Numbered from the stretch's first letter, positions 25,998-36,123 are shown. The stretch is DNA of 64,000 nt from an uncultured Bacteroidales bacterium (GCA_947074105.1 CAMTON010000001.1:138058-202057); one strand, 5' to 3'. Made by a program: numbers and translations. The notes: generated by a model from the letters alone, not told the origin.

Positions 25998-26375
25998 TTA
26001 CTTTTTTGTATTCTTAGCATCAATACTTAAAGTAGCATGCGGTACTGCTTTTAGTCGTTCTTTTGGGATAAGTTTTCCCGTTTCACGACATATACCGTAA
26101 GTCTTATTCTCAATTCGGATAAGTGCTCCCTTTAAATGTTGAATGAACTTCATCTGTCTCTGGGCAAGCTGTCCGGCTTCTTCTTTTGAAAGCGTGGATG
26201 CTCCTTCCTCAAGTACCTTGAATGTAGGTGCTGTATCAGCATCATCATTCCCGTCTGTATTCATCACCGCTGCTTTCAACATGTCATAATCTCTGCATGC
26301 CTTTTCCAGTTTTTCAGTGATAATTGCTTTGAACTCCTCAAGTTCAGCATCTGAGTATCGTGTTTTTTCTGTCAT
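25998..26375 (-). CDS. DksA/TraR-family regulator (Bacteroidota type)
   Basis: 125 aa; coiled-coil N-terminus and the C-terminal YGICRETGKLIPKERLKAVPHATLS segment typical of DksA/TraR proteins. Confidence 0.7.
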   Translation of the reverse strand: MTEKTRYSDAELEEFKAIITEKLEKACRDYDMLKAAVMNTDGNDDADTAPTFKVLEEGASTLSKEEAGQLAQRQMKFIQHLKGALIRIENKTYGICRETGKLIPKERLKAVPHATLSIDAKNTKK

Positions 26376-26992
26376 TTCAATTATTTTTTTGAATGAAACA
26401 ATTTGGAATTAGGTTTATCAGATTTTCACCAATTAAATCCCTTTTCTCAGTTATTTATAAATTAGTAATCCTCCTTTTTTATCTCTTTAAACTTTTAATT
26501 GGCGCGAAAATATAAACTTAAATTGTTAATTTCAAATGTTTACTATATTAATTTCATCTTTTAATCAATAAAAACGCTCTTTTTGTCAATTACAATAGAT
26601 TAACAAACAAATTAAAATATATACTTAACACAGATGTCATTTTTATTACTTTTTGTATAAAACGGAGTAATATTTATTTTTTTTAATCAAACAGACGGTC
26701 GCCCTTTTTATCGGATATAAATTCATGATTTATGCACTAATTGTTAAAATCGGCATCATATTATCTGTGATTTTCTTACAACCGTATTGATGACACTCTT
26801 GTACTGAAATACAGAACTAATATAAAAATAAGCATCAGATATATAATTGTGAATTTTACACTAAGAGTTTTCAGATAAAAATTAAAGGTTTATGTGATAA
26901 AATAGGTTTTCTGTTAAACATAAAAATTGAGCAAAAAACATAAAATAAATTATCCAAAAAATATAAGATAAATGATTATTAAAAAAGTAATA

Positions 26993-27028
26993 TAAAAAAG
27001 GCCGCTTCCTAAAAAAGGAAACGGCCTT
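26993..27028 (-). terminator. rho-independent terminator of pgk
   Basis: AAGGCCGCTTCC (26998-27009) / GGAAACGGCCTT (27017-27028), followed on the minus strand by TTTTTATATT. Confidence 0.8.
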
Positions 27029-27055
27029 ATTGTCAGTATCTTATTGAATAAAAGA

Positions 27056-28321
27056 TTATCCGCGGATAGCTTTAACACCAGGAAGATCTTTACCTTCAAT
27101 CATTTCAAGAAGTGCACCACCACCTGTAGAAACGTAGCTTACTTTATCAGCAAGAGCGAATTTGTTGATAGCAGCAACTGAGTCACCACCACCGATCAAA
27201 GAGAATGCTCCGTTTGCAGTAGCTTCAGCGATAGCTTCAGCGATAGCTTTTGTTCCTGCCTGGAAGTTAGAGAATTCGAATACTCCTGCAGGACCGTTCC
27301 AAAGGATAGTTTTAGAAGTTTTGATCACGTCAGTCATTTTAGTGATTGACTCAGGACCAAGGTCAAGACCTAACCAGCCATCAGGTACTTCAGTATCTTT
27401 GCAGATCTGAGTTGCAGCGTCGTTAGAGAATTTGTCAGCAGCAACACAGTCAACAGGAAGAACAAGGTTTACTCCAAGTTCTTTAGCTTTAGCCATAACT
27501 TTAAGAGCAACTTCGATCATATCGTCTTCGCAAAGAGAGTTACCGATTTTTCCGCCAAGAGCTTTAGAGAAAGTAAATGCCATACCACCAACAACAAGCA
27601 AGTTATCTACGTTGTTAAGAAGGTTTTCGATGATTGTGATTTTAGAAGAAACTTTAGAACCACCGATGATAGCTGTTACAGGTTTAACAGGATTAGAAAG
27701 AACTTTTCCTACTGATTCAACTTCTTTTGCCATAAGGTAACCGAACATTTTGTCTTCTGGAGCAAAAAGGTCAGCGATAAGAGCAGTAGAAGCGTGAGCA
27801 CGGTGAGCTGTTCCGAATGCGTCGTTTACATAAACGTCAGCAAGTTTAGCAAGATTCTTAGTGAAAGTTTTCTGGCTTTCTTTAACCGCTTTCTTAGCAG
27901 CAGCTTTTTCCTCGTCTGTTGCATCTTCAGCAAGACCACGTGGTTTTCCTTCTTCTTCTCCGTAGAAACGAAGGTTTTCAAGAACAAGTACTTCACCCGG
28001 TTTAAGATCAGCAGCAGCTTTTTCTGCAACTTCGCCCTGGCTGTCATCAGCGAATTTCACTGTTACGCCCGGAAGTAGTTCCTGAAGATGAGGAACGATA
28101 TATTTTAAAGAGAATTTTGGATCCGGATTCTTTTTAGGACGACCAAGGTGAGAACCGATGATAACAGATCCGCCTTCAGCAAGAATTTTCTTGATAGTAG
28201 GAAGAGCTTTTACCATACGAGTATCGTCAGTGATCTGCATTTCTGCGTTCAAAGGCACATTGAAATCAACGCGAACGAAAGCTTTCTTTCCGTTGAAATT
28301 GTAATTGTCTAGTGTTTGCAT
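27056..28321 (-). CDS. pgk: phosphoglycerate kinase
   Basis: [14 protein letters not shown]-terminus, the C-terminal GGGDS..STGGGA motifs, and a length of 421 aa. Confidence 0.95.
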   Translation of the reverse strand: MQTLDNYNFNGKKAFVRVDFNVPLNAEMQITDDTRMVKALPTIKKILAEGGSVIIGSHLGRPKKNPDPKFSLKYIVPHLQELLPGVTVKFADDSQGEVAEKAAADLKPGEVLVLENLRFYGEEEGKPRGLAEDATDEEKAAAKKAVKESQKTFTKNLAKLADVYVNDAFGTAHRAHASTALIADLFAPEDKMFGYLMAKEVESVGKVLSNPVKPVTAIIGGSKVSSKITIIENLLNNVDNLLVVGGMAFTFSKALGGKIGNSLCEDDMIEVALKVMAKAKELGVNLVLPVDCVAADKFSNDAATQICKDTEVPDGWLGLDLGPESITKMTDVIKTSKTILWNGPAGVFEFSNFQAGTKAIAEAIAEATANGAFSLIGGGDSVAAINKFALADKVSYVSTGGGALLEMIEGKDLPGVKAIRG

Positions 28322-28431
28322 TGTTTTTAAATTATTTAAAACGTGTTCGTTAATAATATTCCGGATTGTGAAAATATTAATCCTTATAATATTTTTCTCA
28401 AATGATGCTTAAAAAGCATCACAAATTTAAA

Positions 28432-28439
28432 AAAAATAA
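28432..28439 (-). promoter_or_regulatory. -7 box TAAATTTG upstream of pgk
   Basis: TAnnTTTG match 111 nt upstream of the pgk ATG. Confidence 0.3.
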
Positions 28440-28441
28440 TA

Positions 28442-29269
28442 TTACAGCGATCTCTTAGCAAGCAATTCGTCCATCTCTAACTGAACTTTCTTTGCTTCCA
28501 CACGTGCTGCCTGAGCAAAATCCTCATCTTTTCCTGCATAAATGATCTGACGTGACGAGTTCACAAGAAGTCCGCAGGTATCATTCATACCGTATTGAGC
28601 AACATCTTTAAGACTTCCGCCCTGTGCACCGACTCCGGGAACAAGAAGGAAATGATCAGGAGCGACACGACGGATGTCAGTGAACATTTCGCCCTGTGTA
28701 GCGCCTACTACGTACATCATCTGATCATCTGTAGCCCATGTCTGAGAAACGCGAAGAACTTTTTCAAAAAGACGCTCTCCGTTCTGGTCTTCCGTAAACT
28801 GGAAATCATGAGAACCTTTGTTAGAAGTAAGTGCAAGAAGAATCACCCAGTGTCCTTCATAAACAAGGAAAGGTTTGACACTGTCTTCTCCCATATAAGG
28901 AGCAACCGTTACAGAGTCGATATTAAGATGATCAAAGAAGCTGCGTGCGTAAAGCTCAGAGGTATTTCCGATATCACCGCGTTTTGCATCAGCAATGATA
29001 AACTGATCAGGATAGTTTTTCTTAATATATTCTACTGTTTTTTCGAAAGAGATCCAACCTTTCACTCCAAGGCTTTCATAAAAAGCAAGATTTGGCTTGT
29101 AAGCTACACAAAGATCCGCTGTAGCGTCGATAATCTCTTTATTGAAAGCGAAAATCGGATCTTCTTCAGTAAGAAGATGCTGAGGAATCTTTTTGATGTC
29201 TGTGTCAAGACCAACGCAAAGAAATGAACGTTTACGTTTGATGTTTTCGAATAATTGTTGCTTGTTCAT
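28442..29269 (-). CDS. pyrF: orotidine-5'-phosphate decarboxylase (long/type 2 form)
   Basis: LCVGLDTD and [14 protein letters not shown] active-site motifs; 275 aa. Confidence 0.9.
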   Translation of the reverse strand: MNKQQLFENIKRKRSFLCVGLDTDIKKIPQHLLTEEDPIFAFNKEIIDATADLCVAYKPNLAFYESLGVKGWISFEKTVEYIKKNYPDQFIIADAKRGDIGNTSELYARSFFDHLNIDSVTVAPYMGEDSVKPFLVYEGHWVILLALTSNKGSHDFQFTEDQNGERLFEKVLRVSQTWATDDQMMYVVGATQGEMFTDIRRVAPDHFLLVPGVGAQGGSLKDVAQYGMNDTCGLLVNSSRQIIYAGKDEDFAQAARVEAKKVQLEMDELLAKRSL

Positions 29270-29310
29270 AATTTATTTATCTGTTATATCGTTTTTTTAT
29301 TGGGCAGAAG

Positions 29311-29417
29311 CAGCGTGCTGCATCGCAATTAAACCGGTTTTATTTCTTTGTGAGGCGCGGCGTGCTCCATTTCGCATATATATTTGATTTTTCTTTGGAA
29401 GATACAGCGTGCTACGT
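29311..29417. repeat. three C(A/G)GCGTGCTNC(A/G)T boxes at an exact 47-nt period (degenerate tandem unit)
   Basis: CAGCGTGCTGCAT at 29311, CGGCGTGCTCCAT at 29358 and CAGCGTGCTACGT at 29405. Units 1 and 2 also share CGCA and TTTCTTTG segments. Confidence 0.6.
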
Positions 29418-29419
29418 CT

Positions 29420-30049
29420 CTACGGATGTTTCAAAATATCGTCGACGGCATCCCGCCAGTCTTCTTTTGCCTTGGGGCAATAAGTCCTTATACCGAATTT
29501 CTCCGCAGTTTCACAATTCGGCATCGCATCATCTATAAACAATGTCTCTTCAGGATCAATACCGGCATCTTCGAGAATATGGCTGAAAATTTCAGGAGAA
29601 GGTTTCATCATTCCAAGTTCATTAGAGAGCCATATCACCTCAAAGAAATCATTAACGTTCAAGCCTTTATACCTGAACATAGTTTCCATAGAGAGGTTCC
29701 AGTGAAGCACATTTGTATTACTAAGTAGATAAACCCTGTAATTCTTACGTAGTTCAATTATTTTATCAAGTTTATATTCCGGAATAGTGTTAAGCATAGA
29801 AAGCCATGCATTTTCGACATCCGAAGGAAATATCTCATTATCCGAAAGTTTACATACATCATGGCAAAACTTTTCAGCTGAAATTCTTCCAAGTTCGAAA
29901 TCCGCGAAAATACCTTTATGAAGCGCCGTCCCGGTAAGAGATTCGATAGTGGAAACACCTATTCTCTTGAAATTATCAATGAATCGTTCTCTTTCAAGAT
30001 CTACAAGCACCACTCCGAAGTCAAAGATTATATTCTTTATTTTTTTCAT
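29420..30049 (-). CDS. HAD-superfamily hydrolase (subfamily IA phosphatase-like)
   Basis: IIFDFGVVLVD (DxD nucleophile motif), LLSNTN, and the distal FIDD acidic motif. Confidence 0.75.
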   Translation of the reverse strand: MKKIKNIIFDFGVVLVDLERERFIDNFKRIGVSTIESLTGTALHKGIFADFELGRISAEKFCHDVCKLSDNEIFPSDVENAWLSMLNTIPEYKLDKIIELRKNYRVYLLSNTNVLHWNLSMETMFRYKGLNVNDFFEVIWLSNELGMMKPSPEIFSHILEDAGIDPEETLFIDDAMPNCETAEKFGIRTYCPKAKEDWRDAVDDILKHP

Positions 30050-30059
30050 TATAAGACAT

Positions 30060-30105
30060 AAAAAAAGCCGTCGGAACCTCTCCGTTTTTCGGAGATTCCA
30101 ACAGC
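30060..30105 (-). terminator. rho-independent terminator of prfA
   Basis: On the minus strand GCUGUUGGAAUCUCCG pairs with CGGAGAGGUUCCGACGGC (16 bp with a 2-nt bulge; the U.G pairs are valid only on the minus strand), followed by TTTTTTTATG. Confidence 0.8.
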
Positions 30106-30114
30106 TCGTTTTTA

Positions 30115-31224
30115 TTATAATTCGTTTTCTTTCATTCTTTCGGCATTTTCAGCAACAATCAGTTTGTCGATACAGTCCTGAATATCGCCCCCCATAAACG
30201 CAGGAAGATTATAAATAGTATAGTTGATACGATGATCCGTCATACGTCCCTGAGGATAATTGTATGTTCGGATTTTAGCAGAACGGTCGCCGGTCGAAAC
30301 CATTGTCTTTCTTCTTGAAGCAATATCATCGATATATTTCTGATGCTCTTTATCATATATATATGTACGAAGTCTTGCCAATGCACGAGCCTTATTCTTA
30401 GGCTGGTCACGGGTCTCGGTACATTCGATAAGGATTTCATCTGTTTCGCCCGTATTAGGATTCTTCCACATATAACGAAGACGAACTCCCGATTCAACCT
30501 TATTTACGTTCTGACCTCCGGCACCTCCCGAACGGAAAGTATCCCATTTGATTTCACCTTCATTGATCACAACGTCAAACTCTTCAGCTTCAGGAAGCAC
30601 TGCTACCGAGGCTGCGGATGTATGTACACGCCCCTGAGTTTCAGTCTGAGGAACACGCTGTACACGGTGAACACCTGATTCATATTTTAAAGTACCGTAG
30701 ACTTTATCTCCCGTTACAGAGAAAACAATCTCTTTGAAACCACCGGCTGTACCTTCATTGAAGCTTGAAACTTCAACTTTCCATCCTTTTGTCTCACAAT
30801 ATTTTGAATACATCTTGAAAAGGTCACCGGCAAAGATAGATGCTTCGTCACCGCCGGCACCGCCACGGATTTCAACAATGGCATTTTTATCATCTTCAGG
30901 ATCGGCAGGGATAAGAAGAAGTTTTATTTCTTCTTCAAGAACAGGGATACGTGCATTATTCGTATCAATTTCCTCTTTTGCCATCTCCCTCATTTCAGGA
31001 TCATTATCGTTTTCAAGGATTGCTTTTGCTTCCATAATTCCGTCAAGAAGGCCTTTATATTCCTTCTGAGCATTTACGATAAGCTCAAGATCACGATATT
31101 CCTTATTCAGTCTGACATATCTGTTCATATCTGATATTACCGAAGGATCGGTAATAAGAGTGGAAACCTCTTCGAAACGGGCAACAAGACCGTCTAATTT
31201 CTCTAATAATGAATTTTGGCTCAT
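30115..31224 (-). CDS. prfA: peptide chain release factor 1
   Basis: PxT-type tripeptide (RVQRVPQTETQGRVHTS) and GGQ (SGGAGGQNVNKVES). Confidence 0.95.
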   Translation of the reverse strand: MSQNSLLEKLDGLVARFEEVSTLITDPSVISDMNRYVRLNKEYRDLELIVNAQKEYKGLLDGIMEAKAILENDNDPEMREMAKEEIDTNNARIPVLEEEIKLLLIPADPEDDKNAIVEIRGGAGGDEASIFAGDLFKMYSKYCETKGWKVEVSSFNEGTAGGFKEIVFSVTGDKVYGTLKYESGVHRVQRVPQTETQGRVHTSAASVAVLPEAEEFDVVINEGEIKWDTFRSGGAGGQNVNKVESGVRLRYMWKNPNTGETDEILIECTETRDQPKNKARALARLRTYIYDKEHQKYIDDIASRRKTMVSTGDRSAKIRTYNYPQGRMTDHRINYTIYNLPAFMGGDIQDCIDKLIVAENAERMKENEL

Positions 31225-31242
31225 AATTCTGTTTTATGGGCG

Positions 31243-31250
31243 CAAAGGTA
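31243..31250 (-). promoter_or_regulatory. -7 box TACCTTTG for prfA
   Basis: TAnnTTTG match 19 nt upstream of the ATG, implying a short leader. Confidence 0.4.
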
Positions 31251-31308
31251 ATCATTAATGTACTTAATTACAACTATCATTATTTTCATAAAGAAACTTT
31301 TAGGAAGA

Positions 31309-31358
31309 TAAAAAGAAAATATCCGAAAGAATTAGTAGTAATATTAATTCTTCCGGAT
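31309..31358 (-). terminator. rho-independent terminator of queC
   Basis: 14-bp stem (31321-31334 / 31345-31358), perfect on the minus strand with one G.U, followed by ATTTTCTTTTT. Confidence 0.7.
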
Positions 31359-31393
31359 ATTTTATATCTTTTTAAATATCATATATCGTATGA

Positions 31394-32056
31394 CTAATCT
31401 TCATACACCGTCTTATCATCAATACCTGCATCATGCATTGCTTCCTTACGCTCTACACATGTTCCGCATTTTCCGCAATGTATGTCGCCCCCTTTATAGC
31501 AGCTCCATGTTCTGGAATAATCCATTCCCAGTTCTTTGCCGTGGCGTGCGATATCAGATTTTGTAATCTTAGTATAAGGAGCGAATATCTCTATATTGTC
31601 ATACGTTCCGTATTTAATAGCCTGCTCCATTGCCTGAATGAACTCATTACGGCAATCAGGATATATAGCATGATCGCCTCCGTGGTTGGCTATCATAAGT
31701 CTTTTCAGAGAATTACTTTCTGCAAGTCCTGCCGCTATTGAAAGCATTATTCCGTTACGGAAAGGAACGACTGTAGATTTCATATTTTCATCTTCATAAT
31801 GACCTTCCGGAATCTCCTCGCCTCCTTCAAGAAGCGAACTTTTAAAATAAGTCTTCATAAAACTCAAAGGAATTACAATATGAGGAATCCCAAGTTCCTT
31901 GCAGGCTTCGGCAGCACAAGGTATTTCTTTAGCATTATGTTTTGATCCGTAATCGAAAGTTACGGCAAGAGCTATTTCATCTTTATATTCATACAGCATT
32001 GTCATACTGTCCATTCCGCCTGACACAACTATCACGGCATCTTTAATTTTTGTCAT
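31394..32056 (-). CDS. queC: 7-cyano-7-deazaguanine synthase
   Basis: PP-loop VVSGGMDS and the C-terminal zinc Cys cluster CYKGGDIHCGKCGTCVERK. Confidence 0.9.
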   Translation of the reverse strand: MTKIKDAVIVVSGGMDSMTMLYEYKDEIALAVTFDYGSKHNAKEIPCAAEACKELGIPHIVIPLSFMKTYFKSSLLEGGEEIPEGHYEDENMKSTVVPFRNGIMLSIAAGLAESNSLKRLMIANHGGDHAIYPDCRNEFIQAMEQAIKYGTYDNIEIFAPYTKITKSDIARHGKELGMDYSRTWSCYKGGDIHCGKCGTCVERKEAMHDAGIDDKTVYED

Positions 32057-32131
32057 AGTCTTTTATTATTCGTTTAGTTTCTTTTTTTCGATTATTCAGA
32101 ATGCAAATATCGCTTTTATATTACCACGGCA

Positions 32132-33187
32132 TCAATTCTTTTCAATAAAAAGTGTTTGAGTAGGATAAGCGAAATCAAGATTATTCTGATTGAAAAGAGT
32201 AAGTATACGCAGATTTATATCTGTCTGCGTCTGCAGAATATCCTCTCCCTTCTTTATATAATAAATGAAAAGAATTCCAAGACTTGAATCACCGAAAGCA
32301 TTAAAAGAGATAAGGTGCTTTTCGAGGATTGAAGGATGATCACTTGCTATCTGCCCCAGCAGGTCTATTGCAAGCTGCATTTTCTCAGGTTCCGTCTGAT
32401 AAGTAAGACCAAGATTAAGTGTTATTTTACGGGATTCTTCAAGAGAAACATTCTCAACACAGGTATCTGTAATTTTTGAATTCGGAATCGCAACAACAGT
32501 TCCCTGCAGAGTTTTAAGGCGAAAACTCCTTATCCCCACTTCTGTTACCGTTCCGTCAAAACCGGATATACGTATTCTGTCGCCTACTCTAAACGGTTTA
32601 TCTGTAAATATAGTAAGACCTCCAAAGAAATTCGATACTGTATCTTTTGCAGCCATAGCCATGGCAAGACCTCCGATTCCCAGTGAAGCTATAATAGCTC
32701 CTACATTATAACCGGCATTGTTAAGACCGACAATAAGACCTACAGCCCAAATGATATTTATAAGCCATCTTTTGACAACAGGATATATCTGATTATCGAA
32801 ATCCGATTTAGTCTTCTCTGTAAGAGGAAGAATATACAGATCCATAATCGCACCCACACAACGGGTAATCACCCATGATACATTAAAAGAAATAAGTATG
32901 ATATAAGCTTTGGAAAGCCAGTCTTTTATTGAAGGATAAATATTCAGAGTAGTTATTCCGGCCCAAACACCAATTATTATAAGTGCGAATATCACCGGTC
33001 TTTCAAGACGTTCTACCAGTATATCATCAAGCTGCGTCTTTGTTCGGGAAGTCAGTTTCTTAAAAAACTTTGTCGTTACAAGATATAATATCTTTCCCAG
33101 CACGAAGGAACCGAATATTATTGACAGTGCAATAACCCATTCTTTTATCGTATTGCCGTAAAAATCCTTTGATAAAAATTCTACCAT
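32132..33187 (-). CDS. MscS-family mechanosensitive channel
   Basis: Several N-terminal TM helices, then GGLTIFTDKPFRVGDRIRISGFDGTVTEVGIRSFRLKT, the MscS beta-domain signature. Confidence 0.85.
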   Translation of the reverse strand: MVEFLSKDFYGNTIKEWVIALSIIFGSFVLGKILYLVTTKFFKKLTSRTKTQLDDILVERLERPVIFALIIIGVWAGITTLNIYPSIKDWLSKAYIILISFNVSWVITRCVGAIMDLYILPLTEKTKSDFDNQIYPVVKRWLINIIWAVGLIVGLNNAGYNVGAIIASLGIGGLAMAMAAKDTVSNFFGGLTIFTDKPFRVGDRIRISGFDGTVTEVGIRSFRLKTLQGTVVAIPNSKITDTCVENVSLEESRKITLNLGLTYQTEPEKMQLAIDLLGQIASDHPSILEKHLISFNAFGDSSLGILFIYYIKKGEDILQTQTDINLRILTLFNQNNLDFAYPTQTLFIEKN

Positions 33188-33211
33188 AAAAAACCTTTTT
33201 TGAATCTTTTA

Positions 33212-33219
33212 CAAAATTA
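33212..33219 (-). promoter_or_regulatory. -7 box TAATTTTG for the MscS gene
   Basis: TAnnTTTG match 25 nt upstream of the ATG at 33187. Confidence 0.4.
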
Positions 33220-33373
33220 TAAAAGAATTCTGTCTTTTTATCTTTTATCGATTTACAGATTCATCCAATCAATCATCAATATGGCAGGCAGGCAATAAAG
33301 CAGAAAGTCAGGCAATCTGCATTAAACATTTATTCCCGACAACGGGTATTTATAAATAATAAATCTCAAATGA

Positions 33374-34447
33374 TCAGAAATTATCAATTACTATAGAGAA
33401 ACCGAAATAACCATAACCCGCAGTATTTCTAAACTGACCATAGGGAACAATGCCGTAATATCCATGCAGATAAAATCCCACACTGTTAAGATAATGTCTG
33501 TCTTTAGGAAGAAATTTCCATCCCCAGTATACATTATAGCAATTAGCTCTCGTATGAGGTGAATCAAATAGGTATATCTCACCTGTATGTTTATCTTTAT
33601 CAATTGTGGGATAATGATAACGGGCTCTGTTTCTGAACTCAGCCGACAATACGTTAATCATATTGTTTCTTGTTGCAAAACCGGTAGACCTCTGCCATTC
33701 ATAATTGATATAGAATTCAAAAATATTAGTCATATTTCTGTTGTAGATGGTATCTCCTTCATTGGCATAAATCTTAAACCAGCTTTTAGCAAAATTATTT
33801 CTTGCCATTACTCCGAATTTAAGAGCCATATTATCACGTCTTGTTCCGTTTGGATCGTTAAGACAAACTGCAAGCTCTGAATATTCATAAGATACATTTA
33901 CTCTGGTTATAGGGAAACCGGCATCACGTCTTGAAACCGTAAGTTCATCTCCGATATGCGTACTCTCATGATTATAAGGAGCAAATCTTATAGATAGATT
34001 TTTAAGATATTTATTTCTGTAATCAAAAACCTTAAGTGCTTTTATCTGCCCTACCGCAAAACGGTAATCAGTATTCAGAACAGGTGCTGAGATTGTTTCA
34101 AGATCGAGCCACAGATGAAAAGCAATAGGTATATCTATTCCAATACTCCAGCCCTTTTTCAACTCCATCGACCATATCGGAATAAATGTACCTACCGTAA
34201 CATTTAGATAAGGAGCCATCTTTGTTCCCCACCTATCCGTATGAGTGTATTCTTCTTTTGCTCTTCCGAAGCCTTCTTCCACCCTTGATAGTGGTGATTC
34301 CATCTCTGCAACAAAAGGACGGGCAAACTTAATAGGAACAAACCATCCATACTGGTTTGCATCATTACATATATACTGACTGTAACATTTAGGAGCTATG
34401 ATTAACGCAAATAAGACCGATATTGACAAGCAGAAACGATTCACCAT
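33374..34447 (-). CDS. putative outer-membrane protein (DUF1207-like?)
   Basis: Signal peptide (SVLFALIIAPKCYSQ). Alternating aromatic/beta-strand pattern with a C-terminal F. The NHESTHIGDE motif resembles what I remember of DUF1207; the family call is tentative. Confidence 0.45.
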   Translation of the reverse strand: MVNRFCLSISVLFALIIAPKCYSQYICNDANQYGWFVPIKFARPFVAEMESPLSRVEEGFGRAKEEYTHTDRWGTKMAPYLNVTVGTFIPIWSMELKKGWSIGIDIPIAFHLWLDLETISAPVLNTDYRFAVGQIKALKVFDYRNKYLKNLSIRFAPYNHESTHIGDELTVSRRDAGFPITRVNVSYEYSELAVCLNDPNGTRRDNMALKFGVMARNNFAKSWFKIYANEGDTIYNRNMTNIFEFYINYEWQRSTGFATRNNMINVLSAEFRNRARYHYPTIDKDKHTGEIYLFDSPHTRANCYNVYWGWKFLPKDRHYLNSVGFYLHGYYGIVPYGQFRNTAGYGYFGFSIVIDNF

Positions 34448-34722
34448 ACCGCTATTAAATATAATTTATTAATTATTGTTTTTATTCATAATTATATAAC
34501 ATCAATTATTAAAGCTTGTTTTAAGAGAAGTTACTATTAAACGAATATTAAACAATCAGAGATCTTTTGTCAATTTCTTATTGTCCTTTTTTTAACCTCT
34601 CAGCCATTGTCTTTAAAAACATATAAAGTTGATACTTAGGGTAAATATTTCCGTTGAATTATTTTCCGATTATCTATTTAATCATTATGTTTGAGCTTTA
34701 TTATTTAGAATCAATATAACCA

Positions 34723-35421
34723 ATGTACAAAATAGGTATTTATAAAGGAACCGATCAGATGAGTGATCTGATCTGCGCAAACTATCCCATCCTTCAGGTA
34801 ATGAGCCGTTTCGGCATAGCTCTGGGTTTCGGAGAAGAGACTATTGAAAATGTCTGTAAAAACAACAGCGTCGATGCAACAACATTTCTTGCAGTTGTAA
34901 ATCTTCTTAATGACGAAGACCATATTCTGGAAGATATCGATATATCAACTGTATCAATTAAATATCTTGTAGATTATCTGCGCAATTCACATGCTTATTT
35001 TCTTGATTTCCGTCTGCCTCAGATCAGAAGAAAACTTATTGAAGCGATAGATTGTGGCAACAATGATCTTTCACTCGTAATAATAAGATATTATGACGAA
35101 TATGTCGCTGAAGTAAGAAAGCATATGCAGTATGAAGAAGAAAATGTCTTTCCTTACGTAGATGAACTTGTGTCAGGAAATATTTCGGGAAAATATAATA
35201 TTGATATTTTCAGCAAACAGCATGATAAGATAGAATCCAAACTTTCAGAACTGAAAGATATTATCATAAAATATTATCCGGCAAAAAGCAGCAATGAATT
35301 AAACGGAGTTCTCTTCGATATTTTCTCATGTTCTGAAGATCTTGCCTCACACAATGATGTTGAAGACCTATTATTTATTCCGGCAATCCGTTATACAGAA
35401 TCAGCGGGAAATTCTCTTTAA
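34723..35421 (+). CDS. hemerythrin-like di-iron protein (RIC/YtfE/ScdA-like)
   Basis: ScdA_N-like start (DLICANYPILQVMSRFGIALGFGEETIENVC). Four His/acid motifs spaced as in hemerythrin HHE domains (NSHAYF, KHMQYEEENVFP, KQHDKIES, SHNDVEDLLFIP). Confidence 0.7.
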   Translation: MYKIGIYKGTDQMSDLICANYPILQVMSRFGIALGFGEETIENVCKNNSVDATTFLAVVNLLNDEDHILEDIDISTVSIKYLVDYLRNSHAYFLDFRLPQIRRKLIEAIDCGNNDLSLVIIRYYDEYVAEVRKHMQYEEENVFPYVDELVSGNISGKYNIDIFSKQHDKIESKLSELKDIIIKYYPAKSSNELNGVLFDIFSCSEDLASHNDVEDLLFIPAIRYTESAGNSL

Positions 35422-35503
35422 ATAAAAAATAATAACGGGATTCCTTATTCTTACATACTGATGCCGACATCAGTTATTTCCCGTAAAAGAAAAAATCAGC
35501 ATT

Positions 35504-36094
35504 ATGGCAAGAAGAATACATATAGCGATAGTTGAACCATCTGCTATTATACGCACAGGGCTTACAGGCATTTTGAAAAGAATAATTGACCTGAATATTG
35601 ATATAGCGGAGATCGCGGATGTCAACATCATGATTTCAAAATTAAAAAAACTTGCACCCGATATTATAATAATTGACCCGGTTTGTCTTGGCATGACTTC
35701 CCCTCAACAGTTTAAAGCTCAGGTTGAAGTCGAAAATATAAAAATCATCGCATTACAGACTTCACTTCAGTCTATCAACAGCATAAAGCTTTATGACGAT
35801 TTCATAACGATTTATGATCCGACAGAAACAATAAGAGAAAAACTTTCCAATATCATACATAAAGAGGAAGAAGAGGAAGAAAAACAGGAATTAAGTGTAA
35901 GAGAAAAAGAAATTGTAGTATGTATTGTAAAAGGTATGACAAATAAGGAGATAGCCGATAAACTTTTCCTTTCAACACATACTATTATGACCCACAGAAG
36001 AAATATTGCAAATAAACTTAAAATCCATAGCCCTTCAGGACTTACGATCTATGCTATTGTAAATAAACTGGTAGACATCAAGGATGTCAAATAA
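35504..36094 (+). CDS. LuxR-type response regulator with atypical receiver domain
   Basis: C-terminal HTH LSVREKEIVVCIVKGMTNKEIADKLFLSTHTIMTHRRNIANKL. N-terminal REC-like fold with IIIIDP (phospho-Asp position), but IAIVEPS in place of the usual acidic DD pair. Confidence 0.75.
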   Translation: MARRIHIAIVEPSAIIRTGLTGILKRIIDLNIDIAEIADVNIMISKLKKLAPDIIIIDPVCLGMTSPQQFKAQVEVENIKIIALQTSLQSINSIKLYDDFITIYDPTETIREKLSNIIHKEEEEEEKQELSVREKEIVVCIVKGMTNKEIADKLFLSTHTIMTHRRNIANKLKIHSPSGLTIYAIVNKLVDIKDVK

Positions 36095-36123
36095 GTAATT
36101 ATACTTAAAAACATAATATATAA

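Noticed and set aside
26376-27055. 680-nt ORF-free gap between the dksA-like gene and pgk as a hiding place for an RNA gene or mobile remnant
   Set aside because: Apart from the pgk terminator, I found no helices, repeats or GC-enriched block. It is uniformly AT-rich, so nothing is reportable from sequence alone.
28595-29227. 210-aa plus-strand ORF inside pyrF (and 27162-28078 ORFs inside pgk)
   Set aside because: These are antisense to unmistakable housekeeping genes.
32057-32131. preQ1 riboswitch upstream of queC
   Set aside because: The minus strand has an A-rich AAAAAAAGAAACTAAAC tail reminiscent of preQ1-I. However, no stable P1 hairpin with the conserved loop C precedes it, and the spacer is almost pure A/T.
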